From an uncultured Candidatus Saccharibacteria bacterium (GTDB lineage Bacteria > Patescibacteriota > Minisyncoccia > Minisyncoccales > JANBVM01), in NCBI GenBank assembly GCA_964450805.1, contig CAYVDD010000001.1, forward strand, positions 254,365 through 318,364: DNA of 64,000 nt. The letters run 5' to 3'. Shown in pieces: positions 63,374 to 64,000 of the stretch. Below the pieces are notes generated by a model. It saw only the letters and a list, made by a program, of their open reading frames with translations. It made no database searches and had not been told where the DNA came from. The position numbers and the translations under genes were made by a program. How positions within the stretch are numbered: the first letter of the stretch is position 1; every line of letters starts with the position of its first letter.

Positions 63374-63408
63374 AAAAATCCGTCAATGAAGGCGGGTTTT
63401 TGTTTTTT
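63374..63408 (+). terminator. Rho-independent terminator after rnpB
   Basis: Hairpin ccgtc-aatgaa-ggcgg, followed by TTTTTGTTTTTT. Confidence 0.5.
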
Positions 63409-63425
63409 AGAAACTGCACCTTAAA

Positions 63426-63869
63426 TTAAAACAATTTTTGTTTCTTAGCTTTTTCATCTAAGACCTGGTTAACTAAAGAATCTGTCAGCTTATTTTTAGC
63501 TCTTGAAATATAGCTGAACTTAACTTTTTTAAAGTCAAGTTTTAAATTCCAGAGTTCAAGAAACAATTTTTGAATTCTTTTGTTGCTAATTTTGTATTTT
63601 CCATTTAACTGCTTAACTAAAAATTCTGAGTCAGATTTCAACTCAATTTCACTGACTTTTGCCATTTTTTTTCCAAATAAAAGTTTAAATTTTTTCAAGG
63701 CGAATATGACAGCCATATATTCAGCTTCATTGTTTGTAAACTTATCACCTAAATAATGAGAATATTCTTTAAAGACTTGTTTTTTTTCGTTAAAAAAAGC
63801 TACTCCAATTGCCGCAGGACCTGGGTTGCCCCTTGCCCCGCCATCAGTATAAATTGTTATTTTTTTCAT
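63426..63869 (-). CDS. rnhA: Ribonuclease HI
   Basis: 'ITIYTDGGARGNPGPAAIGV', 'NNEAEYMAVIFAL' and a C-terminal Asp. Confidence 0.7.
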   Translation of the reverse strand: MKKITIYTDGGARGNPGPAAIGVAFFNEKKQVFKEYSHYLGDKFTNNEAEYMAVIFALKKFKLLFGKKMAKVSEIELKSDSEFLVKQLNGKYKISNKRIQKLFLELWNLKLDFKKVKFSYISRAKNKLTDSLVNQVLDEKAKKQKLF

Positions 63870-64000
63870 AAGTATTTTTCAATGTTTTTAATTAAACAAT
63901 TTCTAAATTTCTCCAGATTTTCATTCTCAATTCTGAAGCCAGAAGCCTGGGCATGACCGCCATAAGTAATTACATACTCTTTGCAATGTTCCATTAATGA
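63866..64000 (-). CDS. C-terminal fragment of a DHH/DHHA1-family phosphoesterase (RecJ/NrnA-like); partial, continues beyond the window
   Basis: 'YGGHAQASGF' DHHA1 GGGH motif. Its TGA stop overlaps the rnhA ATG (ATGA). Confidence 0.4.
   Translation of the reverse strand, partial: SLMEHCKEYVITYGGHAQASGFRIENENLEKFRNCLIKNIEKYL

Overview
This 64-kb window comes from an AT-rich, gene-dense bacterial genome with a Candidate Phyla Radiation (Patescibacteria)-like profile. Genes are small and mostly on the minus strand. Shine-Dalgarno sequences are essentially absent, and UGA is used as a stop codon (RF2 is present with its programmed +1 frameshift). Most of the window is housekeeping. It encodes:
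- cell envelope and division genes: ftsQ, femAB-like, a Mur ligase, PBP2, mreCD, ftsZ, ftsEX, an ftsB-like gene, murJ and a lytic transglycosylase;
- translation genes: serS, lysS, rpsB, tsf, rpmE, prfA, prfB, the L25/Ctc gene, lepA, thiI and mnmA;
- Fe-S cluster assembly genes: Rrf2/IscR, iscS and iscU;
- a lower-glycolysis and fermentation block: gap, fba, eno, archaeal-type phosphoglycerate mutase, PEP synthase, acs and a PfkB kinase;
- a redox cluster: trxB, a glutaredoxin and a DUF1858 protein;
- an isoprenoid cluster: idi, a UbiA prenyltransferase and a GGPP synthase.

RNA genes are 5S, 23S and 16S rRNA (all minus strand), six tRNAs (Ala-TGC, Ile-GAT, Thr-TGT, Gln-CTG, Thr-CGT, Gly-CCC) and a reduced RNase P RNA.

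The unusual content is as follows:
1. An accessory island at about 2.2-9.0 kb carries an intact LexA repressor (HTH plus S24 autopeptidase) fused in-frame to a beta-class N6A/N4C DNA methyltransferase. It is transcribed divergently from an operon encoding a Cas4/RecB-like PD-(D/E)XK nuclease, a proteasome-type Ntn hydrolase with an insertion, a membrane protein and a small protein. The shared intergenic region has a tandem direct-repeat candidate operator.
2. The rRNA locus is split. 16S and 23S-5S each have their own sigma70-like promoter. The 4.5-kb gap between them holds tRNA-Ile, tRNA-Ala, a SAM methyltransferase, an antisense DEDDh exonuclease, two CYTH-domain genes flanking a nucleoside-2-deoxyribosyltransferase-like gene, and a TM-helix protein.
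3. The 16S 3' tail reads GGAUCACUACAUUUUU rather than GGAUCACCUCCUUA. The CCUCC anti-SD core appears replaced, which fits the lack of SD motifs upstream of genes.
4. FtsZ carries four N-terminal AT-hook (RGRPRK) repeats.
5. RF1 lacks its whole N-terminal domain 1.

No CRISPR arrays or transposases were seen.
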